Shown: positions 31,563-33,019 of the stretch, piece by piece | Position numbering within the stretch: position 1 is the stretch's first letter | Layout of the letters: the number at the start of each line of letters is the position of its first letter | Source: Pseudoxanthomonas sp. | Lineage (GTDB): Bacteria > Pseudomonadota > Gammaproteobacteria > Xanthomonadales > Xanthomonadaceae | Length of the DNA stretch: 33,019 nt | Direction of reading: 5' to 3' | Assembly (NCBI GenBank): GCA_035653955.1 | Contig: DASRYD010000193.1 | Span: forward strand, 1-33,019 | Made by a program: the position numbers and the translations under genes | The notes under the pieces: generated by a model | What the model saw: the letters and a program-made list of their open reading frames with translations, nothing else | Told to the model about the DNA's origin: nothing | The model's database searches: none

Positions 31563-32558
31563 TCAGGCCAGCGCGGCTTCGACGATGCGCAGGCCGGCCG
31601 CTGCCGCGTCGCGCGCCTGCTGCTGGGCCAGGAACACCGGGCAGTGCGCCTGCATGTAGTCGATCTCGAAGTTCAGCCGTTCGACCAGGAAATCGATGAA
31701 CGCACGCACCTTCGGCGACTGGCCCTGTCCGCGCGGGAACACGGCGTTGAAATCCCAGGTGGGGCCGGTCCAGCCGGCCAGGACACGTTGCACCAGCCCC
31801 TGCTCGATGAACGGCTTGACCATCACGTCCGCGCCGAGCATCAGGCCTTCGCCGCACAGCAATGCGCCCTTCAGCGCGCCGGGATCGTTGGCGACCAGCA
31901 CCGGGCTGACTTGGAATTCGGCTTCGCCCGAGCCGTTGCTCAACGTCCAGTAGTAGCTGTTGCCCCGGCGGTACTTCGACATCGCCAGGCTGCGATGGTG
32001 GCGCAGATCGTCCGGATGCAGCGGCTCGCCGTGGCGGGCGATGTAACTGCTGCTGGCATAGACCTGGCTGCCGAAGGTGGCCAGCTTGCGCGCGATCAGG
32101 TTGGAGTCGGGCAGGGAACCGCCGCGCAGGGCGACGTCGATTTCCTTGTCGATCAGGTCCAGCGGTTCGTTGCTGAGCAGCATCTCGACCCGTACTTCGG
32201 GATGGCGCGCGTGGAATTCGCCCAACAGCGGCGCGATCTTGTCGATGCCGATGGAATAGGGCGCGGTGAAACGCAGCCAGCCGCGCGGACCGCTCTGCAA
32301 CTGGCCGACCGCGCTCTCGGCTTCGCCCAGCGCCTGGGCGATGCGCTGGCAATGCTCGAAATAGATGTTGCCGGCTTCGGTCAGGCCCAGCTTGCGCGTG
32401 GTCCGGTGCAGCAGCTGCGCGCCCAGGCGCGCTTCCAGTTCCTGCACCTTGCGGCTGACCGTCGTCTTGGGCAGGCGCAGCGATTTGGCCGCGGAGATGA
32501 AGCTGCCGTGCTCGACCACCTTGACGAAGATCAGGGTGTCGTTGAGGTCGTGACTCAT
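31563..32558 (-). CDS. LysR family transcriptional regulator (CrgA-like), 331 aa
   Basis: DLNDTLIFVKVVEHGSFISAA...TVSRKVQELEARLGAQLLHRTTRKLGLTEAG; PRGWLR; SPKVRAFIDFL. Confidence 0.96.
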   Translation of the reverse strand: MSHDLNDTLIFVKVVEHGSFISAAKSLRLPKTTVSRKVQELEARLGAQLLHRTTRKLGLTEAGNIYFEHCQRIAQALGEAESAVGQLQSGPRGWLRFTAPYSIGIDKIAPLLGEFHARHPEVRVEMLLSNEPLDLIDKEIDVALRGGSLPDSNLIARKLATFGSQVYASSSYIARHGEPLHPDDLRHHRSLAMSKYRRGNSYYWTLSNGSGEAEFQVSPVLVANDPGALKGALLCGEGLMLGADVMVKPFIEQGLVQRVLAGWTGPTWDFNAVFPRGQGQSPKVRAFIDFLVERLNFEIDYMQAHCPVFLAQQQARDAAAAGLRIVEAALA

Positions 32559-32680
32559 GGGAATTCCTTGGGAGAGGGATTGGACCGCTTGCGGGATGAT
32601 TATTCCCCTAAACACAGACTAATCAAGTCCTGATTGCAGGCGTAACTTTGCGTCCAGGTTCCACCCACCGGAGACGCCAA

Positions 32681-32908
32681 ATGCTCAGCGACTTGATGAA
32701 AGCCGCATTCGAAGCCGCCGAGAAACCGGCGCAGAATGGCGATTTCACTACGATTTCTATCGGGAAAACGCCGTCGCGGACACGCCTGCGCGATTTGCTC
32801 GCGCCCCGTCGACAGCAGGTCGGTGGTGGCCTGCGTGTCGGTAAAAATCGGCTCCCGAATTTGATTGCCGCTGCAATTATCCCGGATGCAGGAATTAAAA
32901 TCCCATGA
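32681..32908 (+). CDS. Small hypothetical protein (75 aa)
   Basis: GGAG RBS 7 nt before ATG 32681. The stop overlaps the SDR start (ATGA 32905-32908). Divergent from lysR. Confidence 0.55.
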   Translation: MLSDLMKAAFEAAEKPAQNGDFTTISIGKTPSRTRLRDLLAPRRQQVGGGLRVGKNRLPNLIAAAIIPDAGIKIP

Positions 32909-33019
32909 GCGGGATATTGAATCCGGCAACACTAGTACTGGGCGCCAGTGGGACAGTCGGCTCGGGCGTGGTCGGCGCCTTGCTCGAAGCAGGCGGTCCG
33001 GTGCTCGCCGCCGGCTGCA
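32905..33019 (+). CDS. 3'-truncated NAD(P)-binding Rossmann-fold (SDR-like) oxidoreductase
   Basis: Translated by hand: MSGILNPATLVLGASGTVGSGVVGALLEAGGPVLAAG, with the glycine-rich GASGTVG motif. Runs off the window and is not in the ORF track. Confidence 0.8.
   Translation, partial: MSGILNPATLVLGASGTVGSGVVGALLEAGGPVLAAGC

Overview
High-GC window that reads as Xanthomonadaceae-like (Lysobacter/Luteimonas/Pseudoxanthomonas style; inferred from gene content only). It has four blocks. (1) 1-4350: the end of an operon with a beta-propeller/cytochrome c fusion, a GH127-type glycosidase and a class III CoA-transferase. (2) 4400-19623: a divergent ~15 kb locus in which two TonB-dependent receptors (TBDRs) sit with a full set of peptidoglycan stem-peptide enzymes. 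These are two Amidase_2 lipoproteins, a serine hydrolase, an SH3-NlpC/P60 endopeptidase, a YkuD-like lipoprotein and an L-Ala-D/L-Glu epimerase, together with a DAACS transporter and an RpiR regulator whose ligand-binding motifs are non-canonical. This is the best candidate for an undescribed system: a PUL-like peptidoglycan-peptide utilisation locus. (3) 19668-22788: tRNA-Leu(TAA), an FMN glutamate-synthase-like gene, tRNA-Val(CAC) and a short, possibly integration-derived segment with an EEP gene. (4) 22789-33019: a beta-glucan utilisation locus (GH30, TBDR, GH3, GluP-type MFS) with a perfect LacI-type operator, then a LysR gene, a small ORF and a truncated SDR. I saw no CRISPR array, transposase or integrase. 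All family calls come from motif recognition, not database searches.
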